Below, piece by piece: positions 1 to 11,946 of a stretch of 64,000 nt of DNA. Origin of the DNA: Prorocentrum cordatum (taxonomy: Eukaryota). The first letter of the stretch is position 1; each line of letters starts with the position of its first letter. The position numbers and the translations under genes are program-made. The stretch is from the NCBI GenBank assembly GCA_963575745.1, contig CAUYUJ010000314.1:1-64000 (forward strand), read 5' to 3'. A model generated the notes under the pieces. The model ran no database searches and was not told where the DNA came from. It worked only from the letters and a program-made list of their open reading frames with translations.

Positions 1-512
1 CCGAGTGGCCCCGTCTGTGGGCCTGGCAGCGGGCCCAGTGGCCGCGGGCCCGTCGGGACTGGGCTGGTCGGTTGAGCTCGCGGTCAAGTCGGGTCTCTGC
101 GATCTGGGATGGATCGGACTGGCTGGTTCCCTGGTCCATGATCGGCATCGCGATCGCTCGTGGGCGCCGGAATGTCGGCTGGCCTCCACCTTCACTTGGA
201 TGCTGGGGTCGATGCTTTCTGATTTAGGAGAGCATGAGGGTGGGTCCAGAAGCCATACACGCCAGTCGTTAGAAGTAGGTATTTTTCGACTTTGGGTGCC
301 TTCTTACTTCAAGAGTGGAGTGGTCTTCCCTCCGCCCTCGTCCTTAGGGGTGGGCGGAAACCCAATCTACTGTCAACCCACATAGAGCGGATGGGCAACT
401 ATTCAAGATTACCCTTGCATCCTTCCCCTTCGGCCCATCCTTGGCCGCTGTCGCTGGCCGCGCCCCGCCCGCAGAAAGTCGACGTGGCCATGCAAGGCCC
501 TTGCATCCATCT

Positions 513-672
513 TGTTGAAGATCACTGCTGCCACATCCAATAACCTCCCTTCCCGACGCCGTTTTCTGGTGCAAACCCTCCGGACGCAAGGGCGGAGGGA
601 GGGCTTAGCCACTTGACGCGCCACTTTTGCGTGGCACGGCCGCTTGTGGTGAACAAACTCATCACATCGACA
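513..672 (+). repeat. 5' LTR (TGTTG...TCGACA)
   Basis: Starts TGTTGAAGATCACTGCTGCCACATCC and ends CTCATCACATCGACA; colinear with 10830-10976. Confidence 0.85.
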
Positions 673-673
673 T

Positions 674-685
674 TGGTAGCGGAGC
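674..685 (+). promoter_or_regulatory. Primer binding site, initiator tRNA-Met type
   Basis: TGGTAGCGGAGC lies 1 nt after the LTR end and resembles the iMet PBS (TGGTAGCAGAG / TGGTATCAGAGC). Confidence 0.75.
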
Positions 686-2830
686 TACTGTCGAGCGGGT
701 TCGATCCGCGGCACGGAGTGCCGTCGCGAATGTCGCGGCGGAAGAGCATCAGTCAGCCCGACCCCAGTGGGGAACCAGCAGTATGTCCACGGAGAGGGGC
801 ATGGACGCTTGGGCGGCAGCAGCTCGAGCCCTGGCACAGCGTGCCGAAGCAGGGGACAGTCCCCGGGGCGGTGGCCCAGAAGAGGATGACGGCTTCCGAA
901 CGGCCGACGACGGAGTGTGGGCCGACCGCGGCACGAGGCAGTCGCGGAACGCGCCAGGCCCGCAGCCGAGGCGTGGAGTCGCTATTGCGGATGGGGTTCG
1001 TGGAGTGATTGGGGCACTCACGGATTGCGTTGGCCTGTGTGGGGGAGTTCCTGGTCCGAGGAGCAAGGGCGCTGGGGCCGGAACGTGGCGTGACATCCGC
1101 CTGGCGCGGGTGGGCGACGGAGGCCAGGTCCGACCTGGGTCGGGCTCGGACCGCCGAGTCCAGCGAACGGTCAGATACTTGGACCTGGAACGGCTGGCGG
1201 GGCTGCCGAGCCGTCGGCGGAGCCGCGGGAGACGGCGACAGGCGCGACAGGGAAGACGAGAAGTATGTCTCCGAGTGGGATGGGAAGTCTGTGCCACTCC
1301 ACACCCCCGAGCGACGGGTGAATATCTTCGAGCTGGGCACCGCGATCCCGCCGCGGCGGCGGAGCGGCCGGCTGCTCTCCAGGCTCAAGGGGGATGCCGA
1401 GACGAAGACGGAGAATCTCGACGAGGATTTGTGCCCGACGGCGTCCAGATGCACCTGCGCTAGTTACCTGCGCTGCAAGTACGTCCAGCAGGAGACGCTG
1501 AAGGTCGGCGCCCTGGTGGGCGAGTTCGTGCAGAAGCTCGCGCGCAATGTCGGCGAACAGGTGCTGGGCATCGAGACGCGCTACGAGACGAAGACTCGCA
1601 AGCTGGAGGAGGCCATGGACGAGTCTCTGAGCATGCACCTGAAGGCCCACTAGTTCTTGAAGAAGTTGCGCGTGGGAGGCAACGAGGAGAGCCAGATCAT
1701 CGCGGGTGCTGGCAACGAGCATGTCTACGAGAAGCTAGGGGACTCCGCCAAGGCATGCCTGCCCCGCGTCTCGATGCCGCGGAAGACGCCGGCCCTGCCC
1801 GCGGGCGCGGGCGAGGGGGGCGGCGCGCGCCGAGAGTGCCTGAACCGGGGCCGTCGAAGGCCTGGATGGTCCACTGGTCGCGGCGGCCGTCGCCCCGTGC
1901 ACGCAGTGCATGGTGCCCTGGAGGACTACCTTGGCGATGCCGCCGACGACGACGGCGAGTGGCCCGAGGATGCGCAGTTCGACGAGGAGATGGGTTCCGA
2001 GGGCGATCCGGGGGCGGAGGAAGCGACCGAGCGCGGGCGCATTCCCGAGGAGCTGCTGGCCTTCCCGACGGACAACACAGCGATTATGACCCGGGCGAAG
2101 AAGGCCCGTGCGGAGGCGGAGAAGGCGCGAGACTTTACCGCGGCGGCGCGAGGAGCGGCAGCGGCGTGAGCGCCGAGCGGATCAAGAAGCTCAAGCAGAC
2201 GCTTCCGTGCCAGCGCCGCGGGCGGCTGGGCCGCCACCCGGAGTGTCCGAGGGCCCCGTGGCCAGGGTTTGGGCAGGCCGGTGGCCGCGGTGAGCCGCCC
2301 CGTCGGCGAGGGGGGGCCGACGCCAGAGGAAGCGCTCGCGTTCGCGCGGGTCGCCGGGGCTGAGGGCGAGCTTTAGCTGATCGTGGTGAACGCGGCGCAA
2401 GTCCGCGGCGGGGCTCTCGTGGCACGGGCGACTGTCGACGTATGTCAAGAGGACGCGGGGGTGCGAGCTCGCGGTTGTGAAGGGGCGCGAGCCCTATCGG
2501 TTCGGTCCGCCCTGGCAGCGCGATCTATGACCAGAGAGCGGTGCTGGCGCCCACGGAATTGGTTGTGGTGGTGGTCACTGCATAAGGGAAACAGAATCCC
2601 GAGCAGAGCAACACGCACCACGACCACGACGACGCCGACGACGACGACGACGGAGACGAGGCGCGCTTACGATCCGCACCGAAGCACGGATTTGGGAAAG
2701 GGCCCACCCTGCAGGTTCGGTTAAACAGCACATCGTTGAGCGGTGCTGCAGCCTCCCCTGAGCACAGGCCCCCCCAGAGCATCAGCCAGACAAGTCGGGT
2801 TTGCACCCTCATGCCTTGCTGGGCTCTGGG

Positions 2831-2902
2831 CGCGTTTCGGCACCCTCTCCCCCAACCTCGTCAGGGCCACCGACAAAAGAGAGGGCGGCGGTGGCCGACG
2901 CG
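2831..2902 (-). ncRNA. Type III hammerhead ribozyme, copy 1
   Basis: Minus strand reads CGCGUC^GGCCACCG-loop-CGGUGGCC CUGACGA GG-loop-CC GAAA CGCG. The CUGANGA/GAAA core is intact, with a GUC cleavage triplet (cut between 2897 and 2896), stems I and II closed and stem III open. Confidence 0.9.
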
Positions 2903-3272
2903 TCCCCGAGCTAAGAAGCTCACAGCGCCGCGGCTCAGAGAGCCGGGAAGACAGACAGACAGAAGGGCGGACGGACAGCCAGGCGGCGTGCAATCCCTGG
3001 CAAGCCAAGTGGGTGGTCACTGCATAAGGGAAACAGAATCCCGAGCAGAGCAACACGCACCACGACCACGACGACGCCGACGACGACGACGACGGAGACG
3101 AGGCGCGCTTGCGATCCACACCGAAGCACGGATTTGGGACGGGGCCCACCCTGCAGGTTCGATTAAACAGCACATGGTTGAGCGGTGCTGCAGCCTCCCC
3201 TGAGCACAGGCCCCCCCGGAGCATCAGCCAGACAAGTCGGGTTTGCACCCTCATGCCTTGCTGGGCTCTGGG

Positions 3273-3344
3273 CGCGTTTCGGCACCCTCTCCCCCAACCT
3301 CGTCAGGGCCACCGACATGGGAGAGGGCGGCGGTGGCCGACGCG
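3273..3344 (-). ncRNA. Type III hammerhead ribozyme, copy 2
   Basis: Same core 442 bp away (cut between 3339 and 3338). Stem III extends to GGGCGCGU/ACGCGCCC, and loop I CCCUCUCCC is complementary to loop II GGGAGAGGG. Confidence 0.92.
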
Positions 3345-4897
3345 CCCCCGAGCTAAGAAGCTCAAAGCACCGCGGCTCAGAGAGCCGGGAAGACAGACAG
3401 ACAGAAGGACGGACGGACAGCCAGGCGGCGTGCAATGCCTGGCAAGCCAAGTGGGTGGTCACTGCATAAGGGAAACATAATCCCGAGCAGAGCAACGCGC
3501 ACCACGGCCACAACGCCGACGACGACGACGACGACGGAGACGAGGCGCGCTTACGATCCGCACCGAAGCGCGGATTTGGGAAAAGGGCCCACCCTGCAGG
3601 TTCGGTTAAACAGCACATCGTTGAGCGGTGCTGCAGCCTCCCCTGAGCACAGGCCCCCCCAGAGCATCAGCCACGGAATTGGACGGAAAAGGAGTCGCGG
3701 TCCGATTCAGCCTCGCGGACGAGGGCGAGCCGCTCAAGGAGTTGAGTTCGGGGCGCGTGGCGATGTCTGTCCTCGCCGCTGGCGCGGAAGCTGCAGCGGC
3801 CGCGAGCCTGTGCCGCGGCGGTGCCGAGGTCGCTCTCTACGGGCGCGGCCTGTCACAGGAGGGCGCGCGCTGTGCGCTGCAAACAGGCGGGCGGCCGAAC
3901 GACGACGAGCGAAACGAGGCGATGGGGGGCGAGCGAGGCGAGGCCGCGGCGGCGGCGCGACCGCGGCCCCTCCTGGTTCAGGACTCCCGCGGCAGCGAGC
4001 CGGTGAGATCCTGGGTTGCAAGGGCGCCTGGGCGCGAGCGGATGCCGACGTGGCGCCCGACGGTCGCGCAATGTCGCGCCAGGGCGGTGCGAGGGGCGTT
4101 GGCTCTGCAAATGGCATTCCTGGTCTGGATGGCCTGGTTGCAGGAGCTCCTGGTGGGGTTGCTGGAGAAGGAGGTGGAGGCCTTCCGGCAGAGGGCGGGC
4201 CGCCCTCGGAGCATCGAGAAGACGCCAGTTAGTGGCGCCAGCCATGCAGGAGCTGGGGTTGCGTCGGGGTTGAGCGGAAGTGGAGACTCCTGGTCAACCG
4301 CGGCTTGCGCCCCGGGAAAAGACGGGCGCCTCCCGGGAGCGGGGGGCTTCGGAGGGCGACCCGAGGACTGCCCTGCTGAAGCGGTTGACGAAGATGGTGC
4401 TGGCGGAGTTGCCGGAAGAAGCTTCGGTCAGGGACATCGGGTGGGCGCGAGCGGACCGACGCAGCGAAACAGGGGGAGAGCTCATCCGAGACGTCAGGCA
4501 GCACGCGGGCGACGTGCAGGCGGAGACCGAGTGGTTCCCGGTCCAGGGCCCGCGGCCGACGGGCCTGACTTCCAATGGGGAGTCCACTGAAATCGAGACG
4601 GAAGAAACCATTGACTTAAGCGGGCTCCAGGGGTGGGCCCGCGGTGTCGCGGGGCGCCGCGGCGGAGAACCGCGCGGCGCGACCGGCGCTGGCCGCCGCG
4701 AGGGCGAGTCGGGCCGGAAAGGGGGCAGCGCCCCCCGGGGCCGGCGCCGGGCGAGACAGGGCGCCAAGCAGGTCAGGAAGAGGTGCCAGGTGCTGCCCGC
4801 GAACGTCGTTCGCCGCGTGTGTGCTCGGAGGCTGGGTGCACCAGACCAGCGGGGGTCAGTGGGCCCGACAGCTTTGGGGCGCTGATCGAGTAGCGCG

Positions 4898-5233
4898 GTG
4901 GAGCTCTCCAGTGGGCTGAGCGAGGTCGGCCGCGTAGGGTCGAGGAACGTCTGGTGGCGCCTGCAGCCGTGGGATGCGACGCGCTGCGGGGACCTCAATC
5001 GGGGAGAAAACTGGGCTGCAGTTCTGGCGATGCTGACGCAGGTCAGGCCCAGGTTGGTGGTGGTTACGATCCCGAGCAGTGGCCCGATGGCGACGCGGTC
5101 TCCGCTGGCGGAGAGCAACGCGGACCGACGGAAACAACGGGCCAGCCGAGAGCGCCGGCGAGCATTCGAGGGTTTCGCGTTGAGAGTTGTCGAGGTCCTG
5201 GAGGCTCGGAGGCTGTGCGCTGGTCCGGAATGA
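4898..5233 (+). pseudogene. Possible decayed C5 cytosine-methyltransferase-like segment of the copia polyprotein
   Basis: ELSSG...QPWDATRCGDL...RPRLVVVTIPSS has the spacing of MTase motif I (ELFSG), a D-x-x-x-G-x-D-L segment and motif IV (PPC, here degenerate). Confidence 0.4.
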
Positions 5234-5674
5234 CAGCCCCATCAAGGTAGTGTCCGAAAAAGCGTCGGTGAAAACAATGCGCGGTGGCCTATGTGTCCCG
5301 CCGGGGCTCGGGCGAGAGCGCCGCCCGGAGTCCGAGTGCGTGGGCGTCCATATGCGCGGACGTCGCCGCCGAGGTCCGGAAGGAGTGCGCTGTCGCCATG
5401 GCCAGGGATGGTCCTGCCAGCTGGTTGCAGGCGCGACGGCGCCCGATGGCTCTCTGGATCTTGCGCGGTTTGAAGCAATTCCCACAGGGGACAGAGCCGG
5501 AGAGAGTCAGTCGAATCGGGCGCGCTCCCGTGGAGGGACGTGCCAGCGCGGGCCCAGGAGTGGGCGGGTCGCCAGTTGCCTGTCGCCCTGCGGCCGCGGC
5601 GGAATAAGATTGTGGAAAGGCCGTGCCGGACGGCGTCGCGTCCCAGTTCCCTGACGCGACGGCGGGAAAGGCGA

Positions 5675-6250
5675 TGAGAAAGTGCGCGGTGCCCGAGCTC
5701 CGGCGGGCCCTGAGGAGGCTGCGCATCAACGCGGGGCGCGCCAGTCTGGGCGACCTGGCTCGCCTGGTGGCAGAAGCGGGCGGGCCCGAGGTGGCCGTCG
5801 CCGGTGTGGAGGCGCCGCGGTGCTCGAGCTGAGCTGGGCGCCCGCGGGCGCGACCCCCGCGCCCAGCCCGCCTGCGCGAGGGCGGTCTGATGTTCGACGA
5901 GGTGGCGCAGGCGGACCCGTTCAAGATCGGCGATCGGGCCGGCGAGGGCTGGTGGTTCATGCTGGTGCAGGACGTGGCCGCGGGGCACTGCGCCGTCGGG
6001 CTCGCGCAGACGCGCGGCAGTGTTGAAGAGCTGCGGGGGCGCCATGAAAGACGGCGGCTTTCCTGGGCCGGTCCGCCCGACCAGCTTGCGTCCGACAGTG
6101 AGCGGGTGCTTGTGAGTGGGAGCTTCGTGGGGGCCCTGTCGCGCATCGGAAGCGCCCGCGTCCCGACCGCGGCGTGCGCCCCTGGCAGAAGGGCAAGGTG
6201 GGGCGCAATATTCAGCAGGCACAAGGTGGAATGAAGACGAGTATGCGACA
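5675..6250 (+). pseudogene. Copia integrase remnant (HHCC-like region and core)
   Basis: LRRLRINAGRAS...LARLVAEAGG...RCSS resembles a decayed HHCC finger. WWFMLVQDVA...WAGPPDQLASDSE resembles the DDE core. Confidence 0.7.
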
Positions 6251-7679
6251 CGGGGCCTGCGGCGGCCTCGGCGACATGGGGGCCCTTGCCTGGGAGACGG
6301 CTTCCGCTCTGAATCATTTCCGGGGCCAGTGTGGCAGGGGCCCATCTCCGATCGGGTTCGGGGCAGAGAATGAAGCTGGTGGGCGAATGCTGGTGTGGAG
6401 GAAAGGCGGTGAGTTACCGTCCCTGCGTTGCCGAAGAAGGCGACTCGCTGGCCAGGCCGCTCAAGATTCGCGAACACTGTCAAAGTCACTGACCAAGACA
6501 AGGGGCCAGGATCTGGCCTGGCGAGCCGTGGCCGCGCGGGGCCGCGGCAACCTCCCGGACTGGAGTGAAGGGGGGCGCGCGTTCTCTCTCAGGCCCTTCT
6601 GCGCGGAAATGGGTCGCAGGGTGAACGAGCCAGAATGGTGCTGGCCAGCTGCAGTGTTCGGGCGGAAGATCGACAGCGCGTGGATGCAATGTGGTGGAAG
6701 GCCGCTCCGGGTCGCCCCAGAAAACTTGAGGGCGCTCAGTCCCGGGGAGGAACATCTGGCAGACGACGGTGAGCTGTGCAGGTCGCTTGGTGAAATCCGC
6801 CAGGCGATGAGCCTCGAGGAGTTCGAGGACCTGGCGGGGCTGAATCCCGTGCCGGAGGGCCTGGAGGCGGCGCCGACGGTCTGGTGCCGGGTGGGAATCC
6901 GTCGATAAAGCCCCCCCCCTCGGTTAGAGGGGGCGCTCCGGCTATGCCAGATGTTTGGGGCGAATGCGGCGCGGGCGATGCTGCCGCGCCCCCGGGGGCC
7001 GCGCGGGGGGGCGGACTGCCCTCGGGCCTCCCTCCCGAGTTGGAACGGGGCACGAACGCCCCGGGCTGGGCCGTGGCCGAGCAGGGACAACCAGTGAGGA
7101 GCCTGTATGACGCTTGGGCTCGGGTGACCCCTGAGGGGCGGTGTCCCTCGGAGAAGTGGCCGTTGCGCGCCGCCTAGGAGAAGCGCCGCGGGACGTGGCG
7201 CTGTAACGAACGCCAGGTCCGGTGGGCTCAAGTGATCAATCCCAGGGAGGTTCTCCGACCCCCCGCCGACCGCGTGCTCGAGCTGTTCGAGGAAGAGGAG
7301 AAGCGGATGCGCGAGCCGACGCTCGCCAGTGGAAGCGCCTGCGACGGCTAGGCGGCTGGGCGGGTGCGAGCGGGCCAGTCCTCGACCCGCGCGCGAAGTG
7401 AGGTCGGCGCGCCGCGGGGGAGCAGGGTCGTCCATGTTGGGCCGTAAGACCTAAGATCGAGCGTTGAAGTGTAAGGAAATCGCGCCGATGCATCGCGGGG
7501 ACTTCCGCGCAGCGATCGAGAAGGAGCGGGGCTGATGGCTGCGGTTTAAGGGTGACAGTGCTGGAGCCCGATAAGTCGGAGGAGGTGCTGCGAACAGTGG
7601 GCCGTCGGCGAATCCTCGGGGGCGACATGACATTGTAAGACAAGAGCGCGGCTCTGCGCAGGGCCGGGGCCCCGCTCCC

Positions 7680-7877
7680 GGCGCAAGCAAAGGCCCGTTT
7701 GCGTGTGCAGGGCCAGCGCGACCCCGACGCCAAGTTTGGGGCGGTCAAGACCAACGCCCCTGCGGTGCAGCTGTCGGGCTTCGGCTTTCCCGCAGCTGTC
7801 CGCGAGTCTCGGTTGGTTCTCCAAGCTGTCGACCGGGGACATCTCCAGCGCGCTCCTCCACATGGGGCCAGGAAGCG

Positions 7878-7928
<51 letters not shown>

Positions 7929-9106
7929 CGCCAGCCGCGGGGCTGTCTGCCCGGGTTAGAGCCGGGCCAGCTGCTCACATCGAGAAAAGGATACGCGGGC
8001 TGCCTGACGCCCCGCGCGCCCGGTTTAACGCCTTCCGCAAGGCCTTGGTCGACGAGATGGGCTGGAAGCAGTTGCAGCTGGACGCGGCTTTCGTCTGCTT
8101 CTACCGAGGCGACCGCCTTGCTGGCGCGTTGACCGTCCACGTGGGCGACTGCGTGATCGCTCGCGACGGGAGTGCGGAGATGCCAGGCAAGGAGGCCAAG
8201 CTCAGAGAAAGGCCCCCTTTCGGGTCCTGGACGGTGGTGTCTGGACAGGCCAACTGTGACTTGTGCATTGGCCGCCGGGTGACCGTGGACGGGGACTTCG
8301 TGGAGGTGGGCGTGCCGGAGTTCATCGACCGGCGTCTGGAGGAAGTCAATTGTGGCTGGACAGAGAAGGGGGGGACGCCACTCACCCCACTCGGCAGGGC
8401 AGAGTTTCGATCGGCGGTGGGCTTCCTGCACTGGCTGGCCGGACAGTGCCAGAATGACAAGGCCTTCGAGACGAGCCGATTCCACAGGCTGCAGCAGGAG
8501 CTCACCCTTGCGGACGCCCGGGAGCTGAACAAATGCATCAGGGACGTCAAAGCCAGCCGCGGCCCCTGCCTGAAGATCGTGCCTATCAAGGGGCGCATGT
8601 TGGTGGGCTGCTGGCACGACTCCTCGCTTGATGACAACGTTCGCGAACTCATCGAGGACGGCGAGGATCTCAATCTATACGGCCGTCGCAAGATCAGGTG
8701 GCAGACAGGGGCGGTGGTGGCTGCCGTTGATCTGAATTGCATCGGGCAGGAAGAGCCGCCGATATCCATCCTAGATTGGGGCAATCGGGCGAGCCGCCGC
8801 GTGGTGACGTCAACCGTATCCGCCGAGACGGCGGCGTGCCTAGTGGGCCATGGTATGGCCCACTCCATGCCGACGCTCCCATGCGAAGCCTTGCGTGGAT
8901 GGAGCAACGCGCTGGTGGTGGAGTACGGCGAGGCGCAGATGCCGCTTGCACTGTTCATTGACTGTCGGAGCCTGCGCGATCGTGTGAAGGTCGAGGACAA
9001 TATCCCCGATGATCGGCGCGACCCAGCGGGGCTCTCCGCGCTGAGTTCTCACGTGTCGCGCGGCCCGCGACGAGATGAGAACAAAGGGGTTGAGGTGGTC
9101 ACCTAG
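7680..9106 (+). pseudogene. Copia reverse transcriptase and RNase H remnant
   Basis: KARLRVQGQRDPD, GDISSALL, GLPDAPRARF and LTVHVGD (decayed HVDD) are RT motifs. LDWGNRASRRVVTSTVSAETAA and LFIDCRSL are Ty1 RNase H motifs. Interrupted by (GT)n at ~7879-7923. Confidence 0.9.
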
Positions 9107-10357
9107 CCTTCGGATGAAAACATATGGGTTGACAAAAAGGAGGTCTGAGCGATAGGGTACGGAAGTTCATGGGGAAAAGTCTTGCGCGTGCACATGAAAT
9201 GAGTGCTCAGGATTTCAAGCGGAGCAAGGCGGCAGGTGGCGGGAAGCAGCGAGGCACTCCGTCCTACCTTGTCCTTTCCCCTTCCTGCGTGAGTGCCTGC
9301 CGCGCAGCCGCTGAGGCCCAAGCGTGCGCTTGCGCGCGCAAGCCGACGGCCGTTTTCCCCAGCGCCGCTGCTGGCCGAGACGACGTGAGGGCGTCGTCCC
9401 CGTCGGATGGCGACGCGGAGCGGCGGGGCCGCAGTCGGGCCCAGTCTCGCGCGGAGCGCGTTGCGGTCAAGGTCCAAACGGCCCGTGCTCACCAGGTCCT
9501 GCTGCCCAAGACCAAGAAGGGCGGTGGAACTCCGGCCCGGGAGGGGCGCGTCGAGGACATGAGCGCGAGGAGGGCGCCTCGCCTCCGGCCGGGGTCGGGG
9601 CCCGCGTGCAGGGCCCACCGCGAGCGCGAGGGCGACGGCGCAGTGGGGGGGGGGGCGTGGCGGACGAGGCGGAAGTCGTGGAGGTGGAAGACCAGTGGCT
9701 TAGGTTCGATCGAGCGACGATCCAGGACCTGGACGACAGCCGCTGGCTCTTCTGGCTCGGGCAAATTTTCCGACTGGCGTGCCCTGGCCAACTGGTGCGT
9801 CCTGTCCCGTGCTCCTCGGGAGATCTGGCTGGTGCGGGGCGGAAAGTCTTTCTCGCGGTGGAGTCTGTTGACTGCGCTGCATGGGAGGTTCCCGGCCGCC
9901 GCGGCACGCTGGATGCTCGCGATCGGCAGGCAGGCCCCCCGCCGCGCGGATCGCGCCGAGGAAGGGGGGCGCGCCGAGGCCTTCCGGGCGAGGGCGCAGG
10001 AGGTGGCAGCTGAGGCGATCGTGCGTCCTCACAAGGATGCCTCGAGCAGCGATGAAGATTCGGCCTCGTCTGAGCGCGGCGGCGCGGACATGGGGGCAGA
10101 GGCGGCTGCTTTGGAAGAGTCCGAGGCGCCAGTGCGCGGTCGCTGCAGGCGAGAGGAGTTCGGGGCCGAGCTGCCCCGCCGCGGGCCACGGCGCCAGGAG
10201 CAAGAGAGGTGCCGAGTGAAAGGGGCCCAAGGGTGAGGGCAAGAAGGGTGGACCTGTCAGCGAGAAGCTCCAAAAGGGGCGCAGGGGCTGCGCCTCCGCG
10301 GCGGAGAGCAAGTTCGCTCCAAGGAGCGTCCCTTCGGGGCTGCTGGCGCCGGGCGTG

Positions 10358-10399
10358 TGCTGCCCGTGCTTCCAGTCCGGCCACTGGGACAACCGGTGC
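10358..10399 (+). pseudogene. CCHC zinc knuckle downstream of RNase H
   Basis: CCPCFQSGHWDNRC matches C-x2-C-x4-H-x4-C. Confidence 0.65.
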
Positions 10400-10797
10400 C
10401 CCCGCTTCCTCGCTGATGGCACCCCGCACGACGGGCGCCGAGGTGCTCGCGCGGACGAAGCCGCCAGTGGCGGCAGACCGGCAGCGCGAGAAACGTGGCG
10501 GTGTCCCCCGATCAGGCATGAGCGGAGCTCTCGACGTCACATGTGCTGCATCTTATCAGCATCATCCTCCAGTGGTGGGCGTTTTCGGGACGGAGATCCC
10601 GCGGAGTAACATTCTCCTCCGGTGGAGGGCAGTTCGGGGCGAAGATCCCCCAGGTGGCTGACTCGCGGCCTTCATCCTCCTCCAGCGGAGGACCTTTCGA
10701 GACGGAGATCCCGCAGTGAGCCCATCCGTGGTTCACATCAGGTTCCGGTGAAGGTCTACTTGTGCGCGTGTCCGCCCACCGTGTGGGCGGGCGGAGT

Positions 10798-10820
10798 ACA
10801 GGAAGGATGAAAAGGGGAAG
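10798..10820 (+). promoter_or_regulatory. Polypurine tract
   Basis: ACAGGAAGGATGAAAAGGGGAAG ends 9 nt before the 3' LTR. Confidence 0.65.
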
Positions 10821-10829
10821 TCATAGCAG

Positions 10830-10976
10830 TGTTGCGAATCACTGCTGCTACATCCTCCTACCTCCCTCCCCGACGCAAGCCCTCCCGACGCAAGGGCGGA
10901 AGGAGGTCGTGGCATCTTGACTCGCCCCATGTGCGGGGCACGACCGTTTGTGGTGAAAAAGCTCATCACACCGACG
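10830..10976 (+). repeat. 3' LTR
   Basis: TGTTGCGAATCACTGCTGCTACATCC...CTCATCACACCGACG, homologous to 513-672. Confidence 0.85.
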
Positions 10977-11946
10977 CTTATCGTGTGTCCTTCTTTGTGC
11001 GGGTTGGCTGTCCTTTCAACGCCGTTTGCTGCATGCGTCTATGTCGGATTCCATGATGCACTGAGGGCGGGGGTCGCGTTCGGGGGGGCTTGTCTGATTT
11101 GAGCACTCTTGGAGGGTTCCGCGGGCGTCTGGGCAAAAGGCCGCCTGTCCATGGCTCCTCTGGGGGGATCTAGCATTGCCCGTTTGGGAGGGCTCTGACC
11201 CCCTCCCTCTTCAGTAGGAGATCGGGAGACGTCTCGAGAGGCGGGAGGGCCCAGGCGTCCGACCATGCGTTTCTTCGATCCCCGGCCCAAGGCCCCCCGA
11301 TCTGTCCCTGGGGCATTTTTTAGAGGTCACGGCGGATTCCCGCAGTCTTACCGTGCGTCCTGATACGGGTCGACTGTGCTTTCAGCGCCTTCCCGCTTCA
11401 TGCTTCTACCCGCTTCTTCCGACAGACGGGTCGCGTTCCCTGCCCTCGCTCTTCCGAGCCCCGCCGGCGGTCCGACGCTTCGTGCTCTCGTGCGCACGTG
11501 TGGATCAGGCCGTTCCGATGGAGGGCGTTTGTCGGTCACGCGCAGAGGCGCAGAGGGGGGGCATTTTGGGAGGGGGAAGGCTTCTTAGCTTAGCTGCCTC
11601 GATACGCCCGTTTCGATACGCAGCACGTGCCGTGCTCAAAACGTCCGTGTCAATGCGCTGTGTGTTGGCGCAACGTATTGGCCCACGTTGTGGCGAAAGC
11701 ATCGCGTCCGACCTACGTTTTGAGGATCTGTGTTGAGCTCCGTATGAAAAAAAAGGCTACGTGTCGCGTGTTGCGTATCGAGCCAGCCAGCTTCTTAGAA
11801 GCACCCCTGCTTCTTAGAAGGCGCGGGCCTTGTCTACAGATGTAGGGCAGGCGCCTTCTGAGAAACGGCCTCCTTGTAAGAAGCCTTCACCACTTCCCCT
11901 AGCCCCTTTGTGCGCGTCGCCACTCTCGCGCGCACATGTTGATCAG

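Larger units (their letters stand above)
2563..3670 (-). mobile_element. Retrozyme-like insertion: 2.5 tandem 442-bp monomers with hammerhead ribozymes and a 12-bp TSD
   Basis: Monomer starts GTGGTCACTGCATAAGGG at 2571, 3013 and 3455 (period 442). CCACGGAATTGG is duplicated at 2551-2562 and 3671-3682. No credible ORF. Confidence 0.88.
513..10976 (+). mobile_element. Degenerate Ty1/copia LTR retrotransposon (full length, with nested insertions)
   Basis: Paired diverged LTRs (513-672, 10830-10976), PBS after the 5' LTR and PPT before the 3' LTR. Internal order is gag-like, integrase, RT, RNase H (copia order). Frames are broken by stops and frameshifts. Confidence 0.9.

Noticed and set aside
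2690..2790. Second ribozyme (pistol, HDV-like or plus-strand hammerhead) in the 442-bp monomer
   Set aside because: Hairpins are present, but I could not fit a complete catalytic core by eye. A covariance-model search would be needed.
508..10981. 5-bp TSD for the copia element
   Set aside because: The flanks CATCT and CTTAT match at only 3 of 5 positions, so no TSD can be claimed.
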